63,847 nt of DNA, filler included, from Licmophora abbreviata (GCA_900291995.1; 7 parts of 7 records of this genome joined end to end with filler, not necessarily neighbours in it); one strand, 5' to 3'. Positions 1 through 11,492 are shown, counted from the whole stretch's first letter. Translations and numbers: made by a program. The notes: generated by a model from the letters alone, not told the origin.

Positions 1-925
1 GGCAGCGCTCGTTGTAGAAAACGGGCGCATGATTGGTCTGTTCGGATTCAAAGACATGATGTGTCGGGCTGTCGCCAAGGAGCTATCATTGGACGACACG
101 GCCGTATCCGCCGTCATGACGCCGGAACCTGAATCTGTGTCACCCAATATTTCTGTATTGGAAGCATTGCAGGTCATGCACGATCATGGCTTTCTGACAT
201 TGCCCGTGTGTGAGGAAGATGGCCGCGTCGTGGGTCTGGTGGATGTCATGGATCTTATCTACGGATGCGGTGGCGCCGAAGGCTGGCGATCTGTCTTTGA
301 CAATGCCATGGATCTCGACGATGACTTTTCTGCGACATCCGATCAGCCTTCCAATATCATTCGACCTCCGACAATCAAGACTAAGCCAGTCGCCGTCCTT
401 GCACCGGAGTCTGCCTTTTTCCCCAATCTTCCAAACAATATTCCAACTCACGTGGAGATTGGCGAAGGAGCTCAAAGTGAGCATGGGTCTTTTAACGAGA
501 GTTTCATTACGGACAATCGTGGTTTCAGCACGGTGGAAAGCCCATCCCTGGCCGCAAATTCGGCGGTGTTCAAACTCACAGATCCTAGTGGGCATACTCA
601 TAGGATTCGAAGCGAGCTAAAGAAGTCTTCACTTCTCAAGAAACTTGTCGTGAAGATGGGCGGTGACGTGGAGCCGGATCACATCCACATGAAGTTTGTC
701 GACGACGAAGGCGATGCAGTTATGATAACAAGCGATGAGTGCCTTGTCGAGGCGGCCCAGCTTGCGAATGGATCTGGAAATGAAGTAGTCAAGCTGACCA
801 TCACCGTTGTCAAACCAAAAGCAGCAGGCGATGACATGCAAAAGATGCTTATCGCCGGGGCAAGTGCGGCTGTCGCGGTTGCGGCCCTTGGTGTCATGGT
901 GATGTTGAAGGGGAAGCGCGGCTAA
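1..925 (+). CDS. CBS-domain + PB1-domain protein with C-terminal tail anchor (5' partial)
   Basis: CBS motif VMTPEP...LEALQVMHDHGFLTLPV...VVGLVDVMDL; PB1 signature FKLTDPSG.THR...MKFVDDEGDAVMITSDECL; hydrophobic C-terminus followed by KGKRG. The frame is open towards the window start. Confidence 0.85.
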   Translation, partial: AALVVENGRMIGLFGFKDMMCRAVAKELSLDDTAVSAVMTPEPESVSPNISVLEALQVMHDHGFLTLPVCEEDGRVVGLVDVMDLIYGCGGAEGWRSVFDNAMDLDDDFSATSDQPSNIIRPPTIKTKPVAVLAPESAFFPNLPNNIPTHVEIGEGAQSEHGSFNESFITDNRGFSTVESPSLAANSAVFKLTDPSGHTHRIRSELKKSSLLKKLVVKMGGDVEPDHIHMKFVDDEGDAVMITSDECLVEAAQLANGSGNEVVKLTITVVKPKAAGDDMQKMLIAGASAAVAVAALGVMVMLKGKRG

Positions 926-1211
926 GTTCTACAGGTGTTCCTCTGTGTGTTCCTTTAGATGTTATATGTACCATGTGACAAATTAGTAAAACGATGTATT
1001 TCGTCTAGCGTTGAATTTGAGCGATCGAATGCCAGTATCGGCGGGATCTACCTGACACAGAAAAGCGCACGAAAGTTCTTTTGAATTTAATGACGTCCTT
1101 CCGCTGTACGCCATCATTCACAATGCATTTGAATTTTTCTCGACTTGATGTGTCACAACACACCATGAGGATTACGGCCGTCGTGTCTTTCCACTCACTC
1201 ACCCGATCGCC

Positions 1212-2630
1212 ATGGCACTATCGCTGGATATCTTGCAGGGACGAAAGAAGCTTTGTCATCTGATAGCATCGCTTCCTGCCGATGCGACGGCGATGGAAGT
1301 AGCCGAGAAGCTCGATCCGCTGCTAGTCGGCGAAGGACTCCTTCCATCAAACGATAGCAATGCAGAGTATCCCGTCATGCCCATACACGACGGCGTTACT
1401 CCACTAATGGTAGCTTGCGATAAGTATCAAGTTAAGTGCCTCGAATACATGGTACAGATGAAGAACGACTCGAGATTAAACGCAACAATACTCGGCAAGC
1501 CCATGGAAACTTCGTCTGTCGATATTTGCGGAGGAAACAGCGCATTGCACTATGCTGCGGCATCAGGATGCAAGGGGGCGATCGATGTGTTGAGTCTCAT
1601 GCTAAAGAAGCAGTATGGCGACGATTCGGCAACGCGGGCAGGGTGTCTGCTTGAGCTCTGTCTGCGCAACTCGCATGGCGACACGCCTCTCATGATGGCG
1701 GCTGCTGAAGGACAAACAGAATTCTTGCAACACTGGGTGCAATGCTTCTACGATTACTCAAGTGAAAGTGATGTGTCACGAGACGACGCTAAGGGACTGA
1801 TACAGGTTGTGTTTGACAAAACCAATGATTCTGGAGATTCTGCACTGTTGCTGGCATGCGATCGTGGCTCTGTGGCAACATTGGACTATTTGATTCGAGA
1901 AGTAGGCGTGTCGACGACCGACGAGGACCTTGCAAAGGCTACCGAGACTCAGAAGCGACTGGACTCGGCTTGGAAGCATGGCGCTTCGAGCCAGTGTAGA
2001 GACGAGCTGCGGCTGCGACAGCAAAAGGTCAAACACTGTGTTGCGCTCTTGACAGTGGCAATGGAACGCAAGGCGAGACTCAGTATGGAAGAATTACTAG
2101 TGATGGAGGAGGCGGCGGCGGCGGCGCAAATGACGAGTTGTTACAGCATGGCAAGAAAAACTGTGAAAAAGAAGAAAAAACAGCGGAAGAAGAAGACCGG
2201 TTCGGTTGGGGGCGACCCGAGCGACCTGCCTGCCCCTGCATCGAGTGTCGACCGGACCGAGGAATCAGAAGTATGCGATACATCACCGGTCTCTAGTAGC
2301 ATCCACCAGGACGTTACCAGTGGCACGAGCCAACTGAACGACCCGGAAGAATCGGTCAGCGACACGCGCACTACAATCTCGGCGAGCTCGCCGATGGACT
2401 CTCTACTCCGCGATACCTACGAAGAGCGACCGGACAGATCGATCGACGCAATGATGGACGCGTTGTGTGTAGACGCTTCGATGCTACTTCTTACTCCACA
2501 TGGTATGGCCATGCATCTTTCTCCCGCTCAGCTCGAAGTTGTGGAGTCCGTACTAGAGAAGCAAATGTCAGCACTCGATCAGGCACGACAAATACAGGCA
2601 CGTCTTCGAGTTCATCAATGTAAGAGTTAA
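1212..2630 (+). CDS. Ankyrin-repeat protein with basic poly-K (NLS-like) tract
   Basis: Ankyrin motifs GVTPLMVAC, GNSALHYAA, GDTPLMMAA, GDSALLLAC; KKKKKQRKKK. Confidence 0.85.
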   Translation: MALSLDILQGRKKLCHLIASLPADATAMEVAEKLDPLLVGEGLLPSNDSNAEYPVMPIHDGVTPLMVACDKYQVKCLEYMVQMKNDSRLNATILGKPMETSSVDICGGNSALHYAAASGCKGAIDVLSLMLKKQYGDDSATRAGCLLELCLRNSHGDTPLMMAAAEGQTEFLQHWVQCFYDYSSESDVSRDDAKGLIQVVFDKTNDSGDSALLLACDRGSVATLDYLIREVGVSTTDEDLAKATETQKRLDSAWKHGASSQCRDELRLRQQKVKHCVALLTVAMERKARLSMEELLVMEEAAAAAQMTSCYSMARKTVKKKKKQRKKKTGSVGGDPSDLPAPASSVDRTEESEVCDTSPVSSSIHQDVTSGTSQLNDPEESVSDTRTTISASSPMDSLLRDTYEERPDRSIDAMMDALCVDASMLLLTPHGMAMHLSPAQLEVVESVLEKQMSALDQARQIQARLRVHQCKS

Positions 2631-2676
2631 ATTTAGGATAGGATTCGAAATGAGTCGTCTGAGCCAGCATTTGTCG

Positions 2677-4212
2677 TCATTTACTGTCCACTCGCCGGAC
2701 AAGCTTGGCGATAAAGAATCCACCACCAGTGGCAGCGGTGGTGTCTTTCACGTTCGGAAGGAACCGAACAGTCCCTTCGAGAGAGCCACAAGTCGATCCA
2801 AGATCCAACAAAGGAAACGCGATTGGAACCAGAGCAGCTTCTTGTGGGTAGGCTCCCAGTAGCCATCGAACTACATGTTCGTTTTGGTCTTCTGATAGTG
2901 AGCACGTTGCGTACACAAGCATACCCCCAGGTTTCAACAAGCGAAAGCCTGAATCAATAAGCCTTTTCTGTAGATCGACCAAATCTTGCAATTTCATCGG
3001 GTCCGTCAATGTTGGATTGATCGCGCAGCTACTTTGAACACGAGCTTCACCAGTACCATCTGGCTCCGTCATGCTACGTTGTTTGAATAGACGCTGCTGC
3101 ACATGCTTGAGGGATCCGTCCGTACTGCATTCAGCATCGACAAGAACGAAATCAAACGGCTGCACCCAAACAGGAGGATCTTCCTCCGCACAACACAGCT
3201 GACTGCCCTTGCTCTCTACTTCACCAGTAGCATCTAGTAACGACACTTCTTTCAGTCGCCGCCTTTGACGCGCTCTTGCACTCTTGTTCATCCGCTTGCG
3301 TTTCCCCGCCGCGACGACTTCTTCGGCTTGCACATGCGAATCGAACACCAGGTCTGGAGATGGATCCACACCAAATGTGGTCCCGTCCGTCTGATAGAGT
3401 CGTATACGAGTCATCCGCAAGTTATCATCCTTACTCGGGTCACGCCCCGATGTGTCGGGATGGACATGATACTTGGACACGATGCGCTTGCAGAGCGACA
3501 TGCGCGATTCTGACACGTCAACCCCGACCACTGTCGATGAGCTTGGTACAAGATCTGCCATCATGCTCAGCTTGAGTCCGGGGCAGCAACAGAGATCCAG
3601 GATGCGAATGGGTTCTCCTTTGCTTATCAAGGAGTCAGTCGCACGTTCGTCATGGTACAAATTCGATAGCAATGCGGCGACGGCAGCCCCGGAACTCACA
3701 TCCATACCATAAATGCGACCCGATGCGAATGCTTCTGACTGCGATAATTTGAACGATCCAGGCAAGGAATAGAATCCAAAGTGTTCATCGAGCCATACTA
3801 CTGGTGATAGGCTGCCGTCGCATGTAGCATCATTAGTGATGTTGTGCCTGGATAGCTCTTTCTATGTGTCCATCCCAACGGAGAAGAAGTCAAAATGAGA
3901 GCACATTTCGTCGCAAGCGTCTGACGAGATTTACACCCTACTTACTGTTAGCTGTAAAAGAGTTTCTTTCTTGTCATAGCGAGGGTTCAGTCGGATAAAG
4001 CGAGGCAGCACGATTCTCTGGCTGTCGTTGTTGCTGTCGTTGTTGTTGTTGTCGACGTCTGTGTTTCCCGCCAAAAAGGCTTCGATTCCGCTCACCTCGT
4101 GGTGCTTGTAAAATGCTTTCAATTCAAAAGACAACACATCGTCCTTCGGGGCCTGTGCGCCTTTCTGGGAAGGGGAGCTCAACGCTGAGGGAAGAGAAGC
4201 ATCCGTTGCCAT
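2677..4212 (-). CDS. NOL1/NOP2/Sun-family RNA m5C methyltransferase (exons 4212-3946, 3861-2677)
   Basis: ILDLCCCPGLK SAM motif, FDFVLVDAECSTDG, LKPGGMLVYATCSL..QNE, GGGFFIAKL; GT-AG intron 3945-3862 joins the two ORFs in frame. Confidence 0.85.
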
Positions 4213-4590
4213 GTTACACTGTATCGGCATGGTCACACGAAGGTGCAACACACGCGTCTTGCGCAGCGGGATGTGTCTTGCGACAGTTCCATGCTTCGCA
4301 CGAAGATCAGACTTTCCCGCCAAAACGTATCGTCAAAACGATGTGAGACCAACGTTCTACTATCGTCAGTTCCTCACTTGCACGATAAGGAGTTTTGCTA
4401 TCTGAATCCTACGTACATAATTCTCGTAAGTAACTCTGCTAGTGCATTCTACGGAGACAACTTCGATGAGCGCGCCAAAACACTCTTCTCATCCATATCA
4501 CATTTCACACAAGAAGACCATCAAGAGCGCCACACGACTTTGCTGTTTGGATCGTTGCTGTCCTCCTTCCTTGCTCTATACACAGCCATC

Positions 4591-6709
4591 ATGCCGCGAG
4601 GACGTCCTTCCCGAAAGGCCAAGGCGGCAGCAAAAGAAAGCGACGACAGCAAGAACGATGTCATCTCTTCTCCTGTCGTAGATCCTACTGTGACCCTTCC
4701 TACCGACAAGGACGGCGGCGATGATGCCAAGAGTCCGAAAGACACGGCTGCGGACAATTCGACTCTCAAGGTAAAGGACCAAGGCGAGGATGGTGGTGAC
4801 GAGGAGACTTCGAGTGGTGCGACTACGATCAAGAGCGATACCAATGACGACAAGGTGGACAAGACACCGACGAAATCCAACAATGGCGATCAGGAAACGG
4901 CAGCAGTCGTCGATGGCTCACCTTCTCCAGCCGAAGCCAACGCGTTGGATGAAAGTCCAGTCCCTATCGTCAAGACTTCCGTTCCGCGAGTCGACGCGTC
5001 GGCAGTGGGAGGCGACCTCGTGGTCGACGAAGACAAGGAAGTTTTGCAGAACGCCGATGAAACCATTATCGCGTTACCGATCTTGACTGCAGACAAGGAA
5101 AAGGTCGACGCTGCAGCCGCGGCAGACGGTGCTCCAGCACACGAAGATGATGAGGACCTGGAGGAGGAGGAAGGGTGGGACCTCAAGCACGTGCTGTCGG
5201 CTGAAGACATTGCCGCGAATCGTCCCATCAAGTGCAAGCACAGTGACTGCAAGCTTCTCGCTTGTTCTCTCTGGGTTTCAACGACCACCAAGGAAGAGTG
5301 GTACAGCTGTCTGGACTGTCAACTCATGGACTTTGAAGGTTGGCCCGAATTGCATGAGATGCCAGTCAAGGATTTCACGGACGACCACAAGAAGATCATG
5401 GTCGAGATGTGCGCCTCGGAACACCATCAGAATCCCGAGTGGCCCAAGCATCCGGAGCCGCCTTCGCCTACCGGTATGAAGGAAGTCGTGGGCGACAATG
5501 GTCTAGTTCCAAGTCAAGCTACACTTACTCCGCCGCCGGTTGATATCTACGCATCGAAGAAGGTCAATCCGTCCAAGATCACTCCCACCCCCGGCAAGCC
5601 CAAGCCCAATGCGTCTGCCCTACAGGCGCACGCCAAGTGGCAGGCCGCTGCCCAAGCCGCTGGAGGTCCCGGAGCGCGCATCATTGTCAAAAAGTCTGAA
5701 GCCAAGGAGAAGGTCTTTGAGGTCCTGCGCGACGCGTTTCGTCCGATGAACATTACGGATATTCACAAGGTACGTGGGGGCGGTCAAATTTGTCTGCAAA
5801 GTTCCGTGCTCCACAACTGAATCCTGCTTCCTCGTTTTATTTGCTTCTGTTGCCCAGGCGCTCAAAGCGACCGTCCCATCGCCCGTACTTCGCCAATGTC
5901 TCGACGAAATGACAACGAGCGACCACTCTGACAATCCGTTTGCCGACAGCGACGACGAGGACATGGACCACAACAAGAAAAAGAAGAAGCCGAAGAAGAT
6001 CTCGGAAGATCCGTTTGCAAACTCGCTGTGCTTGAAAGCTGGTCGCAATTCCAATAACTGTCTTTACTACACGGACCACACCAAGCTCAAGTTGCTCGAG
6101 CCCGAGCAGCGCAATGACCTCTACGCAGAAGTCGCCAAAGCCGAAGCGGAAGAGAGTCGCCTCAAGGAAATTCTTCAGAAGATGACCTCCGGGACTGCCA
6201 AGCTTCTCTCTGAGCCGACGAATGAGGAGGCCGCTGTCACGTTGGAGCGAGAAGAGGCTATAGTAGCGGGCCTACGAGAGATGGTCGAAGCTGCCAGGAA
6301 GCTCAAGGTCAACGAGAGTCACAAGAAGCGCGTCAAGAAGCGCATCGAGGGTATGACTGCACAGTGGCGCAAACGCAAGCGTATCACAATGGACTTCCTC
6401 ATCCAGATGGAGGAAAGCACAGAGGGAACCATCAGTGTCAAGAAGTGTCTCGCCGGCGACGGACAAATCGAGATCGACTCGGATGAGGCTGGCATTGCGG
6501 GAGCGATCGCATTCGCAAAACGAAAACGCTCTCGACTGTCGTCCACTTCTGGAAAGCCCACCAAAAGACTCAAGGGTATGGGCAGCGTGGCGAAAACGAA
6601 GCATCCTGAATCGACCGGACTTGCCCCCAGCGAAGCCTTCGTCGGAGTGAAACTCGATGCGATGGGAAGCGTTGTCCGTGTCTTTCTAGACGAGAATGAA
6701 AATGCTTGA
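4591..6709 (+). CDS. HOP2: HOP2/TBPIP-like meiotic recombination factor with long N-terminal extension (intron 5770-5857)
   Basis: Winged-helix start AKEKVFEVLRDAFRPMNITDI, coiled coil with LLSEPTNEE, and QWRKRKRI matching the Hop2 EWRKRKR motif; intron gtacgt...cccag. Confidence 0.7.
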
Positions 6710-6831
6710 ACTGGGACTATCGTCTTGCGAGAGTCTGAGCGTTGCCGTGAGAGTCCATCGCATCAGCAAAGCTGATAGTTGACCAAGCATCATAGTACCA
6801 CTCATTGTTTCACAAACTCATTGTACTCTCG

Positions 6832-8010
6832 TCATGGTATTCGTTTGTGATTTATAACCACTTTTCCCGTTGCATGCCCTTGCTCCAAGTATTCGTACGC
6901 GCGAACAGCATCTTGTAGGTCAAACTCTTGGTCAATTGTTGCGCGAATGGTTCCATTCTCTACCAAATCCAATACGCGCTGTAGCTGATTGCCGTTCGGT
7001 AAGACTGTCACGAAATCGTACTGTGGGGCCGTCCCAGGACCAAAAAGATTAATCATCTTACAATAAACGAAACGCACGAGGGAACCGGCTCCGTTCAGTT
7101 TTTCCTTGCCTGCCACAAATGACCAGTCGGAACTGAGAATGTTCAGATAGTGTCCGGTCGGCTTCAACACACGTGACGATTCCGCAAACGTTCGCTGCTC
7201 ATAAGCCCAGCTCATCGGGTCCAAAATAACATCGTAATCGTGAAGCACCGCTTCAAAGTCTTCGTGGCGATAGTCCACCACGATGTCAGCACCCAACGCT
7301 CGCAATAGCTCGGCCTTTTCTTTGGATGCCGTCGTTGACACGTGCCCAAACTTCAGCACATGCTTTGCATACTGAATGGCAAAGGTCCCAACTCCACCAG
7401 CACCCGCATGAATTATAATCTTTGATTTTTCAGGTCGAATGTTGATACTTGAATGATGAGCTCGATCAAGTGCTTGCATCGCCGTCAGGGACACCAGTGG
7501 CAATGAAGCTGCGGTTGCATAGTCTACGGCATCACCAATACGCGCCAGCAGCTTTTCTGGAACCGCCGCATAGTCGGCCGCCGAGCCCCACCGCGATCCT
7601 GCGATGGGCATCATTGCAGCCACGCGGTCTCCGACTTGAAACTGGGATACCTTGTTTCCGACCGCAACAATCTCGCCGGCTATGTCCTCACCGGGAATCT
7701 TGGGAAGCGGGATGACGAAGTTTGGCATCCAATTGCGGCGGATCTTGAAATCGCACGGATTGATGGACGAGGCGTGGACTCGAACCAAAACATCATGATT
7801 ACGTACTTGTGGGCGAGGATGGTGGGTATGAAGCTGCAGCAGTGATGCATCACCGTGCTGCACGTATACAAGGGCCCGCATGGCCTCTGATGACACGTCA
7901 TCTGGCTTGGCGGGAAGGAAATCATAGGCTGTGAATTTCTGTAGCACTCGTTGTACTCCCAAGGCAAGACCAAGAAGCAGCACTGCCACAACAGTCATCT
8001 TCGTGCTCAT
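6832..8010 (-). CDS. NADPH quinone oxidoreductase / MDR-family (RTN4IP1-like) reductase with N-terminal hydrophobic segment
   Basis: VLVRVHASSINPCDFK, IPGEDIAG, IIHAGAGGVGTFAIQ, GHATGKVVI; start placed at MSTKMTVV. Confidence 0.85.
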   Translation of the reverse strand: MSTKMTVVAVLLLGLALGVQRVLQKFTAYDFLPAKPDDVSSEAMRALVYVQHGDASLLQLHTHHPRPQVRNHDVLVRVHASSINPCDFKIRRNWMPNFVIPLPKIPGEDIAGEIVAVGNKVSQFQVGDRVAAMMPIAGSRWGSAADYAAVPEKLLARIGDAVDYATAASLPLVSLTAMQALDRAHHSSINIRPEKSKIIIHAGAGGVGTFAIQYAKHVLKFGHVSTTASKEKAELLRALGADIVVDYRHEDFEAVLHDYDVILDPMSWAYEQRTFAESSRVLKPTGHYLNILSSDWSFVAGKEKLNGAGSLVRFVYCKMINLFGPGTAPQYDFVTVLPNGNQLQRVLDLVENGTIRATIDQEFDLQDAVRAYEYLEQGHATGKVVINHKRIP

Positions 8011-8278
8011 TGTGGTTCCTTTTAAACTGAAGACAGGTGCTTCATCATGGTCTCTAACATCGTCAAATTTGATTATCAAGATTCCCTTGCTCCACCGCGC
8101 CCTCTGCCCTCTATCCGCGCGAACACAGACAGCGCGACGAGCTTGATGAAGATCGCGGCGCGGAACAGCATGATGTGATGATGTTTCGCGGCATATAGCA
8201 GCCGCGTCGACCACATTATTAGCTTTCCCACATACTGGTACTGCTGCTTCTCTGACAGTTCTGCTCCTCCGTGAAGCC

Positions 8279-9643
8279 ATGGAAGAGCTCACTCGAACTA
8301 TTGATGCGGCGGTGCAAAGCAAAGATTATGCGTCATTGAGTACCGTCTTTTCTCCGGGCCCCAATTCGTACCAATCGCTCGGACAGGGCGAACAGCGCGC
8401 CTTGTCTGCCCATTTCATCCGGACGGCCGTCGCCTCGCAGACCTTTCTTCCCGAAGCCTTTTCCAGTCCTCCGATTATGCACTCTATGAGCATTGCACTG
8501 TCGCAGCTTCCGACGACGGTGGAGAATGCGGCCGATTCGAAACTGCGCTTGATGCTGTTTGATTACAAAGTCAATCATGAACAGGACTATACGGGGGCGG
8601 CACGGATTCTAGCGGGAATGAGAATGGAAACTTCGGAAGATTCTGTTTATTATATGAGCTCTGCTGAAATCTGCGATGGTGGGTATACTGGTCAGAGTGA
8701 AAAAGAGAACTTGTGGCTTTCCATGAGAGGCAGCTGTTTCTCACACTTCTATGCTCGTTGTCGCGTATTTAGTCTGGGTCAAGGTAGCAGAGTGCTTTCT
8801 GGAGGAGGACGAGACGGTCGATGCCGATGGTGCTGTCAACAAGGCAGGCGTTGTGGTGGAGCTCATCAGTGATCCCGAGCATCATACGCCGCTGATTCTT
8901 CGCTACAAATCCACTTATGCACGCGTCTTGGACGCCAATCGCAAGTTTCTCCAGGCCGCCTCGCGCTATCACGACTTGTCGCAATCGACGACTGATGTGA
9001 TTGACGCCGACGATTTGCTACAAATGCTGGGCCGAGCGGTAACGTGTGCCATACTAGCTCCCAGTGGCCCACAACGACAGCGTGTACTGGGACTGGTGAG
9101 TTTAATGATTTAGACGTTCGGCAAGCGACAGTGATGTCCACTCTGGTCTATGTATATTAAGCTCACTTCCTCCCACTATCTCTACAGGTTTACAAGGACC
9201 CTCGGTTGTCGCAGCTAGATTTGATTTCTAGTTTTGAGACGCACTCTACGATTCTAGCGAAAATGTGTAAGAATCAAGTGCTTCGCCCCCAAGACCTGAT
9301 CCAATTTGAAACTTCTCTCGCTCCTCACCAGAAAGCCACCAATCGAGACGGTCTGACGATTCTCGAGCGATCGGTCATTGAACACAACATGATCGCAGTG
9401 AGCCAATTGTATCAATCTATCTATTTTACCGAACTGGCGCGTGTGTTGGGTGTGGATGCGAACAAGGCGGAACGGATTGCCGCCACCATGTTGTCTGACT
9501 CGTCGCTGTATGGCTCGATCGATCAAGTGGATGGATTACTGACTTTCGAGTCAGAGCAGACCGCCCAAGAAGCGTGGGACAAGTCGATTACCAGTTTCTG
9601 TATTGAGCTCAACAAGGTAGCAGAAGAGATTAAGGCCGAATAA
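8279..9643 (+). CDS. CSN4: COP9 signalosome subunit 4 (introns 8679-8772, 9096-9187)
   Basis: YARVLDANRKFLQAA.RYHDLS, CAILAPSGPQRQRVL, PHQKA...TILERSVIEHN, PCI domain GSIDQVDG; introns restore the frame. Confidence 0.92.
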
Positions 9644-9671
9644 GTTCTCTAGAGAATATAACCCCCGGCAT

Positions 9672-11081
9672 TTAGAACCACCCTTCAAACGATGGGTCCT
9701 TGCTTCGTTTGTACCACTTGAAAGCATTGAGAAGAGATGGTATCAAGATAACCAAAACACTCAAGTTGACATTGGCTTCGCTCGGAAAGTCGAAAAAGGT
9801 CGACGCGTACTTTACCACGTAGCTTGCCACTGCACAGCCCGCAAAGAGTTTGAATAAGAAACTGTAGTCATCGTCTCCTTCGAGTGCCTGCCCCAAATCT
9901 TCAAAGCCGTAAAAGGAGGGCGACTCGCCTCTCTTGGTGGCTTCTTGAGAATCGTTCTCGGCTTTGACAAGCGACATGACAGCACTCTTCATCTCTTCCA
10001 CGGGTGGCACCCATCCGTTTGACAGAGCAATCCTCAACGCCGCGTAGGCCGCCGTGGTGTTGCCGACGCAAGTGAGCAACGCCTGCAGAGGAACCAGGAT
10101 GGGAATCTGATTGTAGAATAGGTGATAGGTACATGCGGTAATGCCCGACGAGTGGAGTGGCAATAGACCCCACGTCAAACCCTTCCACCGGGGATTGTCC
10201 ACCACGTCCGCCCAACGCCAACAGAAGCCCATGGCCACTAGGAACTCTACCAAGGATGAAATGTGAATGATCCAGCATGCAACCGACAAGGCGTTTTCGG
10301 GTTCCGGTCGTGCACCAAGAAACTCCAAGCCTAGACTTTCGAGTCCCACGGGTAGATTGAGAAACCCGCCGAGGTAAAGCGTGTGCACCTCGGGACCCAG
10401 CACAGCTGGCACCAGCGCCGTCACTCCTGCTAGAAGTGTGAGCCCCACGACGAGCCAAGTCATGGGCCAGTAGCTGGTAGCCGACTTGGGCATCGAAATT
10501 CCTTTCTCTTTGGCTTCTAGAGCTTGACGAAAGGCCACGACTGTCACTAGATTGGTGACGGTCAGAAGAGACTCGGCGCTCCCGTGCAGCCAGTCGGAAT
10601 CAGCCAACGATACCCCGTAGAGCACTTGCGCGGCAATGGCTGCCGGAATGGTCAGAAAGACAAAGAGCAAGCATGTTGCAAAGCCAACGACGACTCCTCG
10701 AGGGCAATCATTTTCCTCGACGTTGAGGAAGTAGAGAAAAGCGAGATAGGGAAAGAGCGAAGCTCCAAAGAAGGGACCCGCAAGAGCTTCCGCTTGACCG
10801 CGATCGATGTTGACATTGATTTCAGTGAAGAATGAAAGAGATTCGGTTGGCATCGTCATCATCATGTCGGGTGAAAGATTCGCCCTTGTTCTTGAAGAAG
10901 CAGTGCGTTCTGTGCGGACAAGACGAAGGGGGTCGTGTCGCGACGATGGCGTCAGATCCAGAATTCGCAATGTCGTGACAGCAGCGGAGTTCTGCGGCAA
11001 TAGGAATGCCTTGGCGCTTCTTGATGAAAAGATAGCAAAATTAAGGAGACCAAAGGCTCTCATCCTTCCCGGGGATCTCAT
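9672..11081 (-). CDS. Plastid-targeted multi-pass membrane protein: DUF3593-like + Ycf49(DUF2499)-like fusion
   Basis: AKA-FLL bipartite site; SLFPYLAFLYFL...FVFLTIPA...LADSDWLHGSAES (DUF3593-like); NALS...WIIHISSLVE...W..L.WG.LP...CTYHLFYN (Ycf49-like). Confidence 0.8.
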   Translation of the reverse strand: MRSPGRMRAFGLLNFAIFSSRSAKAFLLPQNSAAVTTLRILDLTPSSRHDPLRLVRTERTASSRTRANLSPDMMMTMPTESLSFFTEINVNIDRGQAEALAGPFFGASLFPYLAFLYFLNVEENDCPRGVVVGFATCLLFVFLTIPAAIAAQVLYGVSLADSDWLHGSAESLLTVTNLVTVVAFRQALEAKEKGISMPKSATSYWPMTWLVVGLTLLAGVTALVPAVLGPEVHTLYLGGFLNLPVGLESLGLEFLGARPEPENALSVACWIIHISSLVEFLVAMGFCWRWADVVDNPRWKGLTWGLLPLHSSGITACTYHLFYNQIPILVPLQALLTCVGNTTAAYAALRIALSNGWVPPVEEMKSAVMSLVKAENDSQEATKRGESPSFYGFEDLGQALEGDDDYSFLFKLFAGCAVASYVVKYASTFFDFPSEANVNLSVLVILIPSLLNAFKWYKRSKDPSFEGWF

Positions 11082-11268
11082 TGTGGTAGTCTGATGCCGC
11101 TGACTTTCCAAAATGACACCAACATAATAATAACAAGCTGTCATCAAATGGTCTCAATCCATCAAGCGACTCGCCGCCGATCACATCATTCACAAAAAAG
11201 ATCCGTCGACCTCTTTGAGTCGAAGGAGTCCCCAAACTCAGTCACAGCGAGATCTTCTTCTCATTTCG

Positions 11269-11296
11269 CCGGCGCGCGATAATTTTGGCGCGCCGG
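11269..11296. promoter_or_regulatory. Perfect 9-bp inverted repeat CCGGCGCGC-N10-GCGCGCCGG in a divergent promoter, overlapping TTTTGGCGCG
   Basis: Read directly; lies between head-to-head genes. Confidence 0.4.
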
Positions 11297-11492
11297 AAGC
11301 TGATGGATGAATGATGACACCGGCGGCGAAACGAGATGTGATGGATGACGAACGCGGCGACAACGACAGACATCATCAGGAGCCCCATCCCGATGGATGA
11401 ACCTCAGAGAAGCGGAGTTCACACTCAAACATCTGCTAACACATCGAACAAAGAAAAGCCGCCGCTGAAAAGACAAGCCTAACAGTCTGATC

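Noticed and set aside
8176..8256. GTGATGA...CTGA as a C/D-box snoRNA
   Set aside because: No convincing terminal stem or recognisable rRNA guide; such motifs are frequent by chance
8011..8322. Long N-terminal extension of the oxidoreductase ORF overlapping the CSN4 start
   Set aside because: Non-protein-like sequence crossing a divergent promoter; MSTKM with a hydrophobic leader is the better start
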